Assembly (NCBI GenBank): GCA_013239625.1 | Contig: MU056050.1 | Coordinates: 5,031,366 to 5,095,365, forward strand | Direction: 5' to 3' | DNA from: Lama guanicoe | Taxonomy: Eukaryota | Length of the DNA stretch: 64,000 bases | Part shown: positions 1 to 12,639 of the stretch, piece after piece | Layout: the number at the start of each line of letters is the position of its first letter | How positions within the stretch are numbered: the stretch's first letter is position 1 | Made by a program: the position numbers and the translations under genes | Notes under the pieces: model-generated | Told to the model about the DNA's origin: nothing | The model's input: the letters and a program-made list of their open reading frames with translations, nothing else | Databases searched by the model: none

Positions 1-179
1 GAAACAAACTGATATAAGTATTCTAAGATCCTTCTGTTAATCAAGGGGTTATGAGAACAAAATGATTAATTTTTAAATTTGGCAAATCAATAATATACTT
101 TAAATATTTAATGTATCCACCAAAATAATGGAAGGAGAATGTGTAACTTTCCAAATTACTGTAGAAAGAAAAAAATAAC

Positions 180-1640
180 AAAGGTAGAGAAAATGAATAA
201 TAAATAAAATCACAAGATGTTACAGTAGGTATAAATCCACACTATATCAAAAATTACAGTCAAAATTTCCACGGAGCAGAATCAAAACCCCAGGAATATT
301 TCAAACGAGAAAATCAGAGCCTCAGTGTAGGGCAAAAAGGGGTGGCCATCAGAATCTCTACAGAAAGCAGTTGGGCAAATAAAATGGGTAAATTAATAAA
401 AGTATTTCAGCTGATCAAAACTCACTGTCCTTAAACCACCATAAAAGAAAAAAAGGAAAAATAACACATAATTCTAACTAAATTATATATTACACAGTAA
501 GGATTTTGACACCTGTCTATCATCTATTGTTATTTCTGTAAACTTGGAAATTAAAAAACTACCACAGAAATCAATAAAACAAGGAAGAAGTGCAAAGCAG
601 TTTGAATTCAGAAAAAAAGTATTAAACTATAGGAAGAAATATACTTTATAATGCTAAAAGCCACATTCACAGTGAAGACACAACAGAAATTAATATCTGT
701 GTGTAATGTCAAATTACATAGTACATATCCATTTAGACCAGAAAATATAGGCAATGAATGGAGAAATATGTAAAAACATTAATAATGTGAATCTTTAATA
801 TACCACTTTCAGTATAAGACATAAGTGGGCATAAATAAGAATATAATGAAATTATTCTCTATAATACTGTAACTTTGGACACATCACACAATGTATTTGT
901 TGAAATCCATAGAACTGCAGCACAAAAAATGAAACAGTATATGAACTTTTTTTAAGTTTTAAAAAAATTACAGTGTTGGAGAATTCATGATGCAATGAAT
1001 AACGTGACAAAACTATCTAATTGTATTTAAAGTGCATGAAATAACCTAGATTTTTAAAAATAACTTTGTAATAGAGTATAATTAAATCCAGATAATTATG
1101 TACCACTGATTGCTTAATTTTTGTATTTGTCTTTTATTGTAGGATTAGTTCTTTATATTCAGGGAAGTTACTATATTTTTACTTTTTGAAAAAAAAAGTT
1201 AACTTGAAATAAAAATGTAAAAAAAATTAAAAAAGAATATGGGAAATAAAAACAACATAAGTACCACAGTAAATCTTATAGATAGATATTAAACACTATG
1301 ATCTAACAATAGACTATATGTTCTTCCAAAATGCTTATAGAATATGTCATATTTTGTTATATATGAAGACCAGTATCAGGAAAATATCAGCAAGAGTCAT
1401 AAAGAGAAACCTTATAAATATTTTCTTATCATCATGCAAAAGATCTGGAAATTAGAAATAAAATAGGAAAAATTGAAAATCTCTTTTACTTGAATATTAA
1501 AAAAAAAAGCTGTCATACAATTTTTAGAGCAAAGGATACTGAAAAAAAATTGCAGGATTTTTGAGAAGTAATGTAATGACAGTACTACATATCATAATAG
1601 ATGAGATATATATTTGAAGTAGTCACCTAAAGAAAATCCA
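180..1640 (+). mobile_element. Ancient L1 (L1M-type) inter-ORF/ORF2 endonuclease-region remnant, interrupted by an L1 3' fragment at ~845-1230
   Basis: A-rich sense-strand sequence resembling L1 ORF2 EN motifs (ctttaatataccactttcagta; ttcttccaaaatgcttatagaat); no intact ORF. Confidence 0.65.
845..1230 (+). mobile_element. L1MC-type 3' UTR fragment with A-rich tail
   Basis: ggacacatcacacaatgtatttgttgaaatccatagaactgcagcaca resembles recalled L1MC 3' end; ends in A-rich run ~1205-1233. Confidence 0.6.
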
Positions 1641-1679
1641 TTTTACAAAAATACAGGATACATGAATTTTCTTGTTGTT

Positions 1680-2500
1680 ATAAGGGAACAGTCAAACAAA
1701 TTCATAAGATGGGGCATTCTACAAAGCAACTCATCTGGCCACCTTTAAAATAAAGAATTTAATGGAAAAAAATGGAGGAGGTCTTTTAAATAAAAAGAAA
1801 GCATGCAAATAACGAAATGCAATGTGTGATGTGAATCCTCATTGGATCCTGGTTGAACAAAACCAAAGATCGGTTCTATTTTTGTGGCAGCTAGGAGACA
1901 TGGACAGAGACTGGATATTAGATGATATCATGAAACTATTGCTTACTTTCTAAGGTGTGATAATAATATTGTGACTATATAGAAGAATGAATTTAGTCGT
2001 AGGAGACACATGCTGAAATACTTATGTAGTGAGAATGTTCACAAAATGTGGCAATATGTTGATTGTTGTTGAATCTAAATGGAAAATATATGGTGGTGAA
2101 TTCTTTCCATTTTGGTGTATGTTTGCATTGTGTATTTTAAATATAACAGATATATAATACATTTATAGATCATAAAATTAAATGTTAAAGAAACATATGC
2201 ACAGTATAATACCATTTCTGTAAATATTCTAAATATACAAAATGATACTAGGCATTATTTCACACATGGATCATGTGTAATAATATCACATGCCAATTTC
2301 AGGTAGCGATTAATTCTGGAGAAGAGTATGAAAGTGATGGATGGGGTGGTAGTGAGGCTTATGTTTTATTTCTTTAACTAAAAGTGGAGGGAGAGAACCT
2401 CAGCAAATATGGCAAAATGTTAATCTTTATTAAATGTAGCTTGTGGTAATTATTTTTGTTATATTCTGTATTTTCTATGTTTATTTCATAATGAAATCCT
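1680..2500 (+). mobile_element. Old L1 3' UTR fragments (L1MC4/L1ME-like)
   Basis: aaatgcaatgtgtgat..ttggatcctgg; gactggatattagatgatat; gcaaatatggcaaaatgttaa are recurrent old-L1 3' UTR motifs. Confidence 0.6.
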
Positions 2501-2740
2501 TTTAGCTTAAAATGTCTCAAGCTTAAACATGGAAGATAATGAATATTTATTTTGATTTTCTCTGTGATGAATGGAGTAATATTATTATCACTTAAACTGA
2601 CATAATTATCTAGAGGGAAGAAGAGAGAGAGAGAATCTAGATGAAATAAGTATGCAACCATTCTACACTGCTGATAACTTCCTGAATTTTTAATCCAGAA
2701 GGAAATTCATATTCTTAGAGGTCAATACACTACAACCTTA

Positions 2741-3384
2741 TTTTTACTGAACCAAACTTGGGTCCATTTGCCGTCGTACTAAAGCCAATGTACTGACACT
2801 GGGTTGTGGTGAAGGAAAGTGTAGTGTTTATTGAAGGGCGCCAAGCAAGGAGTCCAGGAAGCTGAGGCTCAGAAGACCCAGACTCTCTGATGAATTTCAG
2901 TGAAAGGGTTTTTTTTGTTTTTTTTTTTAAAGTAGGATGAGAGGGTTGCAGAGTATGTGGTCATGGACATTCTTCTGGTTGGTTGGTGGTGAGATAATTG
3001 GGCGTGAAGATCATTAAGTTTCTGGTTCCAACTAGTCTTGGGTCTGTGTGCTTGTAGTCAACACACAGTTAACTTCTTCCACCTGGTGGGGGCTTTATTA
3101 TCTGCAAAAGGATAGTACCTCAAAGGATATGGCTCAGAATATTACCTGCAGCCCTTCAGGAGGAACAAAATATCCCTGACTCTGTTTAATGGCTAAACTA
3201 TTATTATTTTTTCTTGCTTGACTGTTTTCCTTTGTTTTTGCATTTTGTCTCTTCTCTGGTTAAATTTATTCTTTGGAACTTGAGGAAGGTCTAGGAGGCT
3301 AAAGTTTTTCTCTAAACAAGGGGCAGATGGAAGGCATAGGGGTATCTGTCGTAGGAGGGCCCCATAGGGTCCTGCTCAGTTACA
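2741..3384 (-). mobile_element. Solo LTR, ERV1 class
   Basis: GC-richer 644-bp block ending ..ctcagttaca (TG start on minus strand); tttatt at ~2827 gives an AATAAA signal on minus; flanked by 4-bp direct repeat ctta (2737-2740 and 3385-3388), as expected for ERV1 target-site duplications. Confidence 0.8.
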
Positions 3385-3519
3385 CTTACTACAAAAGCAG
3401 TGTTGTTTTTTGGATGTTTTAAAAATTCACTATGCTTATAATCCCAACTTCCTTCATAATAAAGGAACCGTGCATATAATTCCACAATTTTTATATAAAT
3501 CGTGTCAATGCAGTGATAT

Positions 3520-3824
3520 ACTTTGGTCTGCTGGAGCTAGCTCATGCTGGCTCAAGAAAGGTGATTGTACACATTTCAAAGAACTGGCTCACTGGCATAT
3601 TACTGGTCATGTAGGAATTAAAGTGGTGTGCTGGGAAATGATTAACAACTGGCTCTCTTAGGGATAAAAGTTCTGATTTATGCTGTTTGCCAATTTCTAT
3701 GATGTATATATGCCTACCATGTCAATTTTAAGCTACCAGTATGACCTCACTGAACATAGAATTGGTAATAGAAGCACAGAATCAGCCCTTGTGAGCCCGT
3801 GTGAGTTGACTCCAGCACACCTCT
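3520..3824. mobile_element. MER63-family hAT-Blackjack DNA transposon
   Basis: Ends tgctggagctagctcatgctggctc and gagcccgtgtgagttgactccagcacacctctg are degenerate inverted copies; internal gtggtgtgctgggaaatgattaacaactggctctc matches recalled MER63A. Confidence 0.75.
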
Positions 3825-4681
3825 GAAACATACTCGTCTCACATTTTCTTTCTGAGTGTAGTGGGTTCTAGAGCTGCATGATGGAAACAAGAGAGAAATC
3901 TATTGTACCTGTCAGAAGAGGGTAGTAAGGACAAGGCTACTTTGATTAATTTGCTGTATCTTGAATTCCACATATAGGTTAAGAATGTTGTCCTGTATAC
4001 TATGATAAAACACTACTCTATCCATCATTTAGGTACTTTGATAGTATGTTCAGATAATATTTCTTCAATTCTCCTAGGATTTGGGATAATGAATATTATT
4101 TCGTAAAATAACATACTGACAATGGTTAATTCTGTAGCTGTGTATTTTAAAGTCACACAAGTTTTGAACTGTAGACAATGTAGCAGAGAAGCTGGTTGGG
4201 CAAGGAAATGTAGAAAAATAAGCTAGTCTTCCAGTTTTTGTAGCATTGCCACATGAGAGGTTAAAACACCCTTCAGAACACAAGTGATTGACTAATTAAC
4301 AAAACATAGGTCCTGTAAGTACACTACATTGTGAAACAGGTCATTTCAGAGTGATACCTGATTTTCTCTAAGAATTGTAACCCAGAGGAAGAGAATGCTA
4401 TAGTTTCATGAATCTGGAATTATGCAATAAAATTTTAATCAGACACAGTCACATAATGATTATTTTCAGGCATGAATACTTCAGCCACCAGTGTTAATAC
4501 TAAAGATTAGTTGTTGAATGTATATTATTTGTAGAAAAAATATGCCACAATTTATTTAAAAGTACTTGTAATGGAAACTGCCTGTATTTTACAAGTCATT
4601 GGAAATAAGAACATTGGAGAATCATGGTTATCATGGCACAATTTAAATACATCTCCATAAGAATAATTTTCTATATAATAT

Positions 4682-5028
4682 TGTCTTAGTCTGTTCAAGC
4701 TGCTATAACAAAGTACCAAAGGGGTAACTTATAAGAGAATTTATTTCTCACAGTTCTGGAGGCTAGAAGCCCAAATTAGGGTGCCAGCATGGTTGAGTGA
4801 GGGCCCTTTTCCTGGTTGCAGACACACCCCTGGCTGTTTCCTCACTTGATGTTAAGGGGTTAGGGAGCTCTGTGCTGTCTCTTTTATTAGAGCACTGATT
4901 CCATTCATTACTGTGTGCTCTCATCACCTCATCACCTCCCAGAGACCCTGTCTTCTAATCCCATCACATTGGGCCTTAAGATTTCAACATATAAATATAG
5001 GGGGACACAAAACATTCAGACTCTAGAA
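4682..5028 (-). mobile_element. MLT1A-like MaLR solo LTR
   Basis: tgtcttagtctgttcaagctgctataacaaa..atttatttctcacagttctggaggctagaag..atttcaacatataaat..gacacaaaacattcagac is the reverse complement of MLT1A-type consensus. Confidence 0.85.
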
Positions 5029-5351
5029 AGTATGAACAGGAATTTGTTGTACTTAGTAAAGATTTTCAAATCTTCCATATCTCTGAATTATATTATTGCT
5101 CCATCAAGCATTAAGAATGATACTGCGGAGATAAGAATAAGGTCTGTGTGTATTTATAGATTCCCCAGTGATAATTCTTATTTTAGTCACGAGGCCAGGC
5201 TTAAGGTATATTTATGATGAATTAAAATCCCTGAGAAATATTATGTCTGGTTAGTGGAATATTGTGGTTATGTATAGAAAACTTTAAGACTGATATATAA
5301 AGCACTTGAACAATCTGACATTAAATATCATGTAATATGCTTCTCATAAAG

Positions 5352-5771
5352 TATCACGGATTGAGATGTCTGGAAAGCAGACTCTGAGGCAGGATTTATC
5401 AATATAGGATGGTAATTAGTACTCTTACAATCAATACCTGTAGAAACAAGAGAGATAAAGGAGAGTTAGACAGAAGGGGTAAGTTGAGCTGTGATACAAT
5501 CCCAAATAAGGTTTCAGCTGGCCCTCCTTGAGGACTCTGGAGGTGGGATGGCCCTTACAGTTATCCCAAATAGAGGCAAGGGGGCTGGGCCTTTATGCCT
5601 TCACACTGATCGATAATTTGATGTAGGCTAGCAAAAGTCAGGGAACCTTGAGTGAGACTCTGTCCTTTAGCTGAGCCTCCAAAGAGGACTGACAACTGAG
5701 AGCTGAAGCTAGGAGTAAATTCATCATTCCTGAAGGGGACATCTCAGTGAAGCATCACAGCCTCCATCATG
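5352..5771 (-). mobile_element. LTR16A-like ERVL solo LTR
   Basis: ggaaagcagactctgag; aagttgagctgtgat; gggatggcccttacagttatccc; gggggctgggcctttat match recalled LTR16A reverse complement. Confidence 0.75.
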
Positions 5772-7174
5772 TAACTGATGAAATAAGAAAAAGTGGTCCC
5801 CTACCAAAGGAAACAAAATTTATTTCTCAGCTTCAGAGAGTTGCAGGTTGAAATTTTCGTCTGCCCACATCCATTCAACTACTGTTTTCTTTCTATATAA
5901 ATACCATTTGATTTGAATTACACACTTTTAGCAAGAAAGTAATGATTCTTTGCTCTGAGCTGGGTAATATATAGTAAATACACCATGATGGCAAAGCAAT
6001 ACTGACGTGATAAAAATTAAGTCATATATCAAATACCTCTAGTTTTCTATCTGTATGGCATTAACACAATACATTGCGTGTGCTTTTAATCATATTTGAT
6101 GTATACATGTAAATATTGACTTTCCTAACTGATTCTACAAGATAAATAATAGTCTCCCTAAACATATTGGACCCAATAAGAAAAATACACGTCCTTAATA
6201 TTTAAAAGTGTTTACTCTCAATATACTATTTACATTTTCACTGCTTCTCACTGACAGGAAGTGCAGTTTTTCAGCTCTTTGTGAGAAGGCTGAACAAAGA
6301 GGAGAGCATAGTATGATCAGTAGACAAATTTTATAGTAATCTGTAAAATCTAGATCTAGAAAACTCTTTTTGTTTCTATTTTTAACCCAAACATTGTAGC
6401 CAATGTATGTATCCTGCTGCGTTGTGATTGGGTGTCACTGCAGAAGGAAGCACAGTGGGATAAGTTAGTGTGCAATAAAAACCTTGGAAGCCCTTTTGCA
6501 ACATATGTTGTATGGGATAACCACATCAGTGAAGTGGTTCAATTTCAATTACAAACTTGCTTTCAGATTTCTCTGTTTGGTAATTTTTGTTTTCTCATGT
6601 TTCCTCTCTGTTTTGCATACTACTCTATTCTTGCATTTTTACTTGAATTGCAGTCTGAAGGAAAAGGTAGAGAGTTCAATATTAAAGTGACCTTTGCTAG
6701 CTTTTATCTCCTAACCCTCAATAGATTGTATCATGCTAACTTCCTTTCCCATCTGAAAGAGGACTTATCTAAAATGGCATCTGATCCCATTTCCCCAAGA
6801 CCACTAGGCTCCTATCATTTTCTGTTTTTTCAACCTGCTTTAGTTTTCTTCATGGATGAATTCTGACACTGTGATTTCTTTCCTTGATATTTGTTTTCTG
6901 TGACTTCCAGTAGAATGTTAGATACTTTAAACAAGGACTTTTGTTTCTTCTGTTTCTAGCTGCTTCTCCAGGAGGAACAGAGTTAAATAGAATTTCAGGT
7001 ACATATTTCCTAGTTATGCCACTGTCTTTAACCTCTCTTCCAGACTTTGATATGTTTATAATTTTATGGGCCTAAATTGTAGGTTACTCACAATCTTAAT
7101 ATGTGGAACGCATTTGCTTAATAACCCCTTTGTTTAAGTCGTGCCTTCGAGCATTCTTCTCTTCTTTTTGTTTT

Positions 7175-7335
7175 TCTTTCTTTGTATCATGAAAATTTCA
7201 AACATATCCAGAAACAGAGAGAATGACATGAAGAAAGCCCCCATACCCATCATGCAGCAAAAACAAGTAATGACCAGTTAATTTCATCTCTACATCTGTG
7301 TGCTTCCACATACACTCAGATTATTTTGAAGCATC
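7175..7335 (-). mobile_element. Old L1 3' end fragment
   Basis: tatcatgaaaatttcaaacatatccagaaacagagagaat..cccatacccatca..cagattattttgaagca. Confidence 0.55.
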
Positions 7336-8009
7336 TGTTAAGGCATCTTCTAAGAAAAGTAAGGATGGATTCACAACTAGAAACAACACCTTTTAGGAGT
7401 CAAACATCCTGAATTTATGAGGTACAACCACCCCTGTCTTGTTTTGATTTTTCCAATCTCAGTGCTGTGAGGAAACCTAAAATAGGTCATGTATAAATAA
7501 AGGTTATCTTTAATATCTTCTATATCCTTTAACTAGCTATAGTATTTATTTTGCCTGAAACTGAAGCAATAATTAAAGTGGATTTTTGAAACAATATTGT
7601 CTCAACTAACTATAACATTATTTTTAAAAAAGCATTTATATCCATGATAAAATCTTTTTGATGTCTGTTCCCAGCTTTCATATAACAAGAATGATGTGAG
7701 TATATATTTCTCCATAGCTGAGTATCTATTATATTAAGCATATAGTGTCCCGAGTTCCCCATTACCCCTTATATGGTCCTTTTTGAAATTTTCTTAATCA
7801 ACATGAAAAATAATAGACTTTTCAAATTGCTAGTTCTTGTCGTATTGCCCATAGCTTGTGACCTTGTTAGCGTTAAAGGGACTATATGTGTGCAAATATA
7901 TAGTCTCCAAATCTGTTACATTTTTTCCCATTAGTTAGAAGGGATAGATATGTATATTCTGTGACCACCTACCAGAAATTAAAAGTATACCAATGTGTCT
8001 TTTCAGAGC

Positions 8010-8320
8010 ATGTTTTGTTTCCAACTTTAAGTATAATTAAACTACAATAAATTGCACATATTTAAAGTGAACAATTTGAAATTATGTGAAATATATACAC
8101 TTGTGGCTCCATCACCGAAAAAAGATAACAAACATTTTGATCACCCCAAAAGTTTTCTTGTGCTCTTTTGTAATTCATACCTAACTTCACTCCTGTATCT
8201 GGGCAACCACTGATTTGCTTTCTGTCATAGATTAATTTGCATTTTAAAAATTCTTTGTAAATGGAATGATATAATATGTGTGCTTTTGGATCTTTTATTT
8301 TCCTCTCAGCATAATGACCT
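8010..8320 (-). mobile_element. L1MB-type 3' end
   Basis: caataaattgcacatatttaaagtg; caccccaaaagttttcttgtgc; ggcaaccactgatttgctttctgtca. Confidence 0.75.
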
Positions 8321-8908
8321 TGATTGATTTGGGGATATTGAAAAATCCTTGCATCCCTGGGGTAAATCCCACTTGATTATAGTGTATGATCCTTTTGATT
8401 TATTGTTGGATTTGTTTTGCTAATATTTTGCTGAGGATTTTTGCACCTATGTTCATCATTGATATTGGTCTGTAATTATCTTTTTTGTGATACCTTTGTC
8501 TGGTTTTGGTGTCAAGGTGATGCTGGCCTCATAGAATGAGTTTGGAGGCATTCCTTCCTCTATAACTTTTCGGAATATTTTGAGGATAGGTGTTAACTCT
8601 TCTCTAAATATTTGCTAGATCTCACCTATGAAGCCATCTGGTCTTGGAATTTTCTTTGTTGGGATTTTTTAAATTACCGATTTCAATTTCATTACTGATA
8701 ATTGGTTTGTTTTATATTTTCTGTTTCTTCTTGGTTCATTCGAGAGATTCTACATTTCTAGGAATTTGTCCATTTCTTCTAGGTTGTCTATTTAATTGAC
8801 ATACAGTTGTTCATAGTAGTCTCTTGTGATCTTTTGTATTTCTGTGGTGTCAACTGTAACTTCTTTTTCATTTCTGATTTTATTGATTTAGGCCCTCTTT
8901 CTCTTTTC
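8321..8908 (-). mobile_element. L1 ORF2 internal fragment (Z/RT start region)
   Basis: Clearly homologous to ~36390-36960 of the full-length L1 in this window (ccttgcatccctggggtaaatcccacttgat..; tttctaggaatttgtccatttcttctagg). Confidence 0.85.
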
Positions 8909-8949
8909 TTGATTATGTACATATATATGTATATATGTACATGTATATT

Positions 8950-9070
8950 TATATTCTTCATGTTGTACAATTACAAAAAATAACTTCACGTTGTACAACC
9001 TAAATGTTAGGCAACTATTATTTGTCAATTATACCTCAATAAATACAGGGAAAATAAAATTAAGAAAAAA
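8950..9070 (+). mobile_element. L1 extreme 3' end with A-rich tail
   Basis: ttatttgtcaattatacctcaataaa followed by A-rich tract. Confidence 0.65.
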
Positions 9071-9199
9071 GAGAGATTGACAAATATTATATTAATAGTC
9101 TTCAAGTTGGGAAACCCTTATCTAGAAGTTTATGTTTCTCTGGTCTTTTTATAGAATTAGCTTATGTCATTATGAAATGTTTATATATTTTATGCCAAT

Positions 9200-10400
9200 G
9201 GTCTCTTCTCTAATTTGTATTATTTCCTTCATTCTACTTATTTGGGTATACTTTGTTCTATTTTTTAGAGTTTCTTAATTTGAACCATAGATATTTCATC
9301 TTTCCTAATAAAAGCACTTAAACTGAAAGTTTCCCTCTAAGTGCTGCTTTCAACATTTAAATCTAAAATTTTCTTTCTAAACACTGTTGTAGCTGAATCC
9401 CAGACATTTTGCTATGTTACTTTTGTGATTGGTCCATAATTTATTTAGAACTGTGATGCTTTTCTTTAGATATGTGGTATTTCTGGATATTGTTATTGAC
9501 TTCTATTTTAATTCTGTTGTAGTTAGAAAATGAACTTCCTATTTAATCTTTTAAAATGTATAGGTGCTTGTTTTAAAGTCCAATATAATTTATGTATTGT
9601 TATAATATATAATGTATTCTTGTAAAACACATGTTCTGAAGTTTGTGTCTAATGTACTATAAATGTCAATCAGATCAAAGTAATTGATGGTGTTGTTTTG
9701 ATCTTCTATGTCCTTACTGAGTTTTTTGTCTAATTGTATCAATTACTGAAAGATGGCTATAAAACCTACTGCTGCAGTTGTACAATGTCTATGTCTCCCT
9801 TTAATATTGTGAATATTACTTCATGTAATTTAAGAACCTTTTATTAGGCATATATATATATTTGTAAGCATTATGTTTTCTTGATAATTTTCCCTTTTTT
9901 CATTATGACACATCCTTCTTTAGTTCTAAAACTCTTTATTTTGGTCTCTGTTTTATCTGACATTAAACTAAGAACTCCAGCCTTCTTAAGATTACTCTTT
10001 GCATAATAAAATTTTCCCATCTTTTTAATTTCAATGTATCTGTTCCTTTGTTATATAAAAATTATGCCTTGTAGGCAGAATATAGTAAGGTCTTGATTTT
10101 TTCTTGTCCTCTTAATTTTATTCTTTTAACAGATTTTTAAAGATAATTCATTCAGTGTAATTATTGATTGTACATTTTGCTTTGCCATTTTATAACATGA
10201 GATTTTTTTGGTCCTTTTTATATTTTATGCTCCCCCCACCACCTTGGTCTGTCCTTTCTTGCCTTTTTTTCGATTACTAGAATAATTTCCCTATAAGATT
10301 TCTTTATTCTGTAAAGAAGACAACATACTTTCCTAACTTATCTTTAAATACTGTGAGTCTGACATAAGAACACTAATATAGGCCAATCTCATTTTAACAA
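9200..10400 (-). mobile_element. Ancient L1 ORF2 (endonuclease region) fragment
   Basis: T-rich; tttccctctaagtgctgcttt; tataaatgtcaatcagatcaaag; tcttctatgtccttactga; gtaggcagaatatagtaaggtcttg. Confidence 0.7.
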
Positions 10401-11494
10401 TTGAATCTCTTATTTCTTTCTACTATAAAAATTAGATAATTTGAATTTCACTTCTAGCAATGACAAATTAAGGTATTTTAGCAATATGTCTGCTGAGAAA
10501 AATAGAACATGGGAAAAATTTAAAAGGATATATGCTTGAAGGTATATGAGCAATAACGGGTAGTGAAAAAATGTAGAGTCATGATCTGGGAAATGACTAA
10601 AATTTATAGAGGTTATTCTGAAATCTGGAACTTCTTCTTCCTATATAAACATTTGCAGATTCCATGGAGAGGCAGCAGATATGCTCAGAAGATAACAGAG
10701 CTGTTTATAACCTAAACTGATTAAGGCATCAAAAATTATAGTCACGTATCAGCCAGGAGTTGACCAGGTAAACCAACCATACCATCCCAATGAATAAGAG
10801 AATCTGGGTTCAAATTTTCGCTATCTTTGAAACTGAATTAAGGAGATTGTGAGGTCTACCAGCCCCATGACAGAATGAATGCTAATCATCTCTTGATGAA
10901 GATAATATCTTCCAAGGCTTCAAAATATGTATATGTTTTTTCATATAAAATGAATTCTTTGTTCAAAATAACCTGTCACATGAGGAAATAAGAAAAGCAT
11001 GAAGAACAATAAGAACAACATGAAAGTCACACAAGAGAAGCAGACTCACTGGGCCTCCAGATAATGCAGGTATCAAATTAATTTATAAATAACTTAATTT
11101 AGTTAGAGACATGATACTTTGGCCAAGAATTGAAACCTAAAAGAATAATAGAAATTTTAGAATTGAAAGGCATAACAAGTGATATTAAGAAATTAGTGTG
11201 TGACTTTACTAAAACATTAAAGATACCTGATTATATAATTAGAAAACTGGAAAATGCAGATCAAAAGAGAATATATGTTATGAAGTCAGAGAGAAAAAGA
11301 CATGGGTGGAAAATACATAAGAGGGTAACAGGAATAGAGGACAGAGTGAAAAGCTTTTACATGTAAGTATAGTCAGGGAAGGGGAAGGAGGCTGATGGGG
11401 CTGAATATGTATTTGAAAATATAATAGATGAAAATTCTCAAAAATGTGTGAAAATCATCAAGATGCAGGTGTAATAATCCCTATGAGCCCTAAT

Positions 11495-11717
11495 ATGCTA
11501 ACTATATATAAAATAGATAAACAGTAAGTTTCTACTGTATAGTGCAGGGAACTATATTCAGTATCTTATAGTAACCTATAATGAAATAGAATATGAAAAC
11601 AAATATATGTGTATATATATGTATGACTGAATTATTATGCTGGAGACCATAAATTGACAACATTGTAAACTGGCTATAGACGTCAAAAAAAAAAAAAGAA
11701 GTTAAAAAAAGAAAAAG
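11495..11717 (+). mobile_element. Younger 5'-truncated L1 3' end (cetartiodactyl L1 type) nested in the older ORF1
   Basis: ctactgtatagtgcagggaactatattcagtatcttatagtaacctataatg..cattgtaaactggctata plus poly(A); similar to 30875-31063 and to the reverse complement of 24630-24830. Confidence 0.85.
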
Positions 11718-12480
11718 GAAAAGAACACCTAATAACATGAATGTAAAATTCTTTATAAAACAATGACAGGAAAAAAAAAATCTTAGAATCTCTAGAAGAA
11801 AAAAGTTGCCAAGGAGCAACAGTAATGGAAGTAGAATATAATGGAAAGATACTATCGATGTGCTTACAGAACTTAATCGCATGCATAGAATTGTATACCA
11901 AGAAAGGTAGCTTTCAGTAATGAGGTTGAAATACACTTTTAAACAAAAATTATTAATTTAGTTACTAGTAGACTTGTAATAAGGAAATATAAAGGGTTCT
12001 TTAGGCAGTAGGAAAATATTACCAGATGGCAGTTTGGCAATTAGGGAAGCAGTGAAAAGGGTAAATATATTGGAAAATACAAATGAGTATTGAATAGATA
12101 CATGAGTAATTATAATTGATAGCTGCAAAATTTAAAAAGGGAAAACTAGAATCAAAACTACTCAATCTGAATTGATTCCAAAAGACTAAAGAGACAAAAT
12201 GGAACATCAAATAGAAAGGAAAAATAGGCCAAAAGTGAGATGGTAGATTTGGGTTAATAATTATGACAGCATAGAATTGATTCAAAGATAGACAAATATA
12301 ACAATGTAACAGAATTGAGAGTCTGGAAACACATGCACACACACATGGATTTTTACTTTATTACAATGTTGGCATGAAAGATAAGTAGGAAAACAAGACA
12401 TTTTTTGATAAACAGGGCTGATTCAATAGGGTATTAATGTGAACGAAAATGAAACTGGACCCCTAACTCACACCATATGT

Positions 12481-12506
12481 ACACACACACACACACACAC
12501 ACACAC
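12481..12506. repeat. (AC)13 microsatellite
   Basis: Read directly. Confidence 0.95.
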
Positions 12507-12639
12507 AATTCAAGTAGATTGTAGATTTGAATGTAACTAATAACTAATATATCTCATAATATTAGTACAGGATAATATCTTCATAAATTTGTTAGACTTT
12601 ATTCTGCAAAGAGAATCTGCTCAATCTCTTCCTCTCAGA

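Larger units (their letters stand above)
10445..12590 (+). mobile_element. Ancient L1: 5' UTR and ORF1 remnant joined to an ORF2 3' piece
   Basis: ORF 11130-11366 (IEILELKGITSDIKK..IRKLE..IEDRVKS) resembles the L1 ORF1p coiled coil; 12160-12590 resembles ORF2 3' region (aacagaattgagagtctggaaa; ctggacccctaactcacaccatat). Confidence 0.7.

Noticed and set aside
6432..6866. 144-aa ORF
   Set aside because: Non-ATG start, F/L-rich composition typical of AT-rich noncoding DNA, no recognisable domain or splice context
11130..11366. Coiled-coil-like 78-aa ORF as a host gene
   Set aside because: Explained as a decayed L1 ORF1 fragment within surrounding L1 sequence
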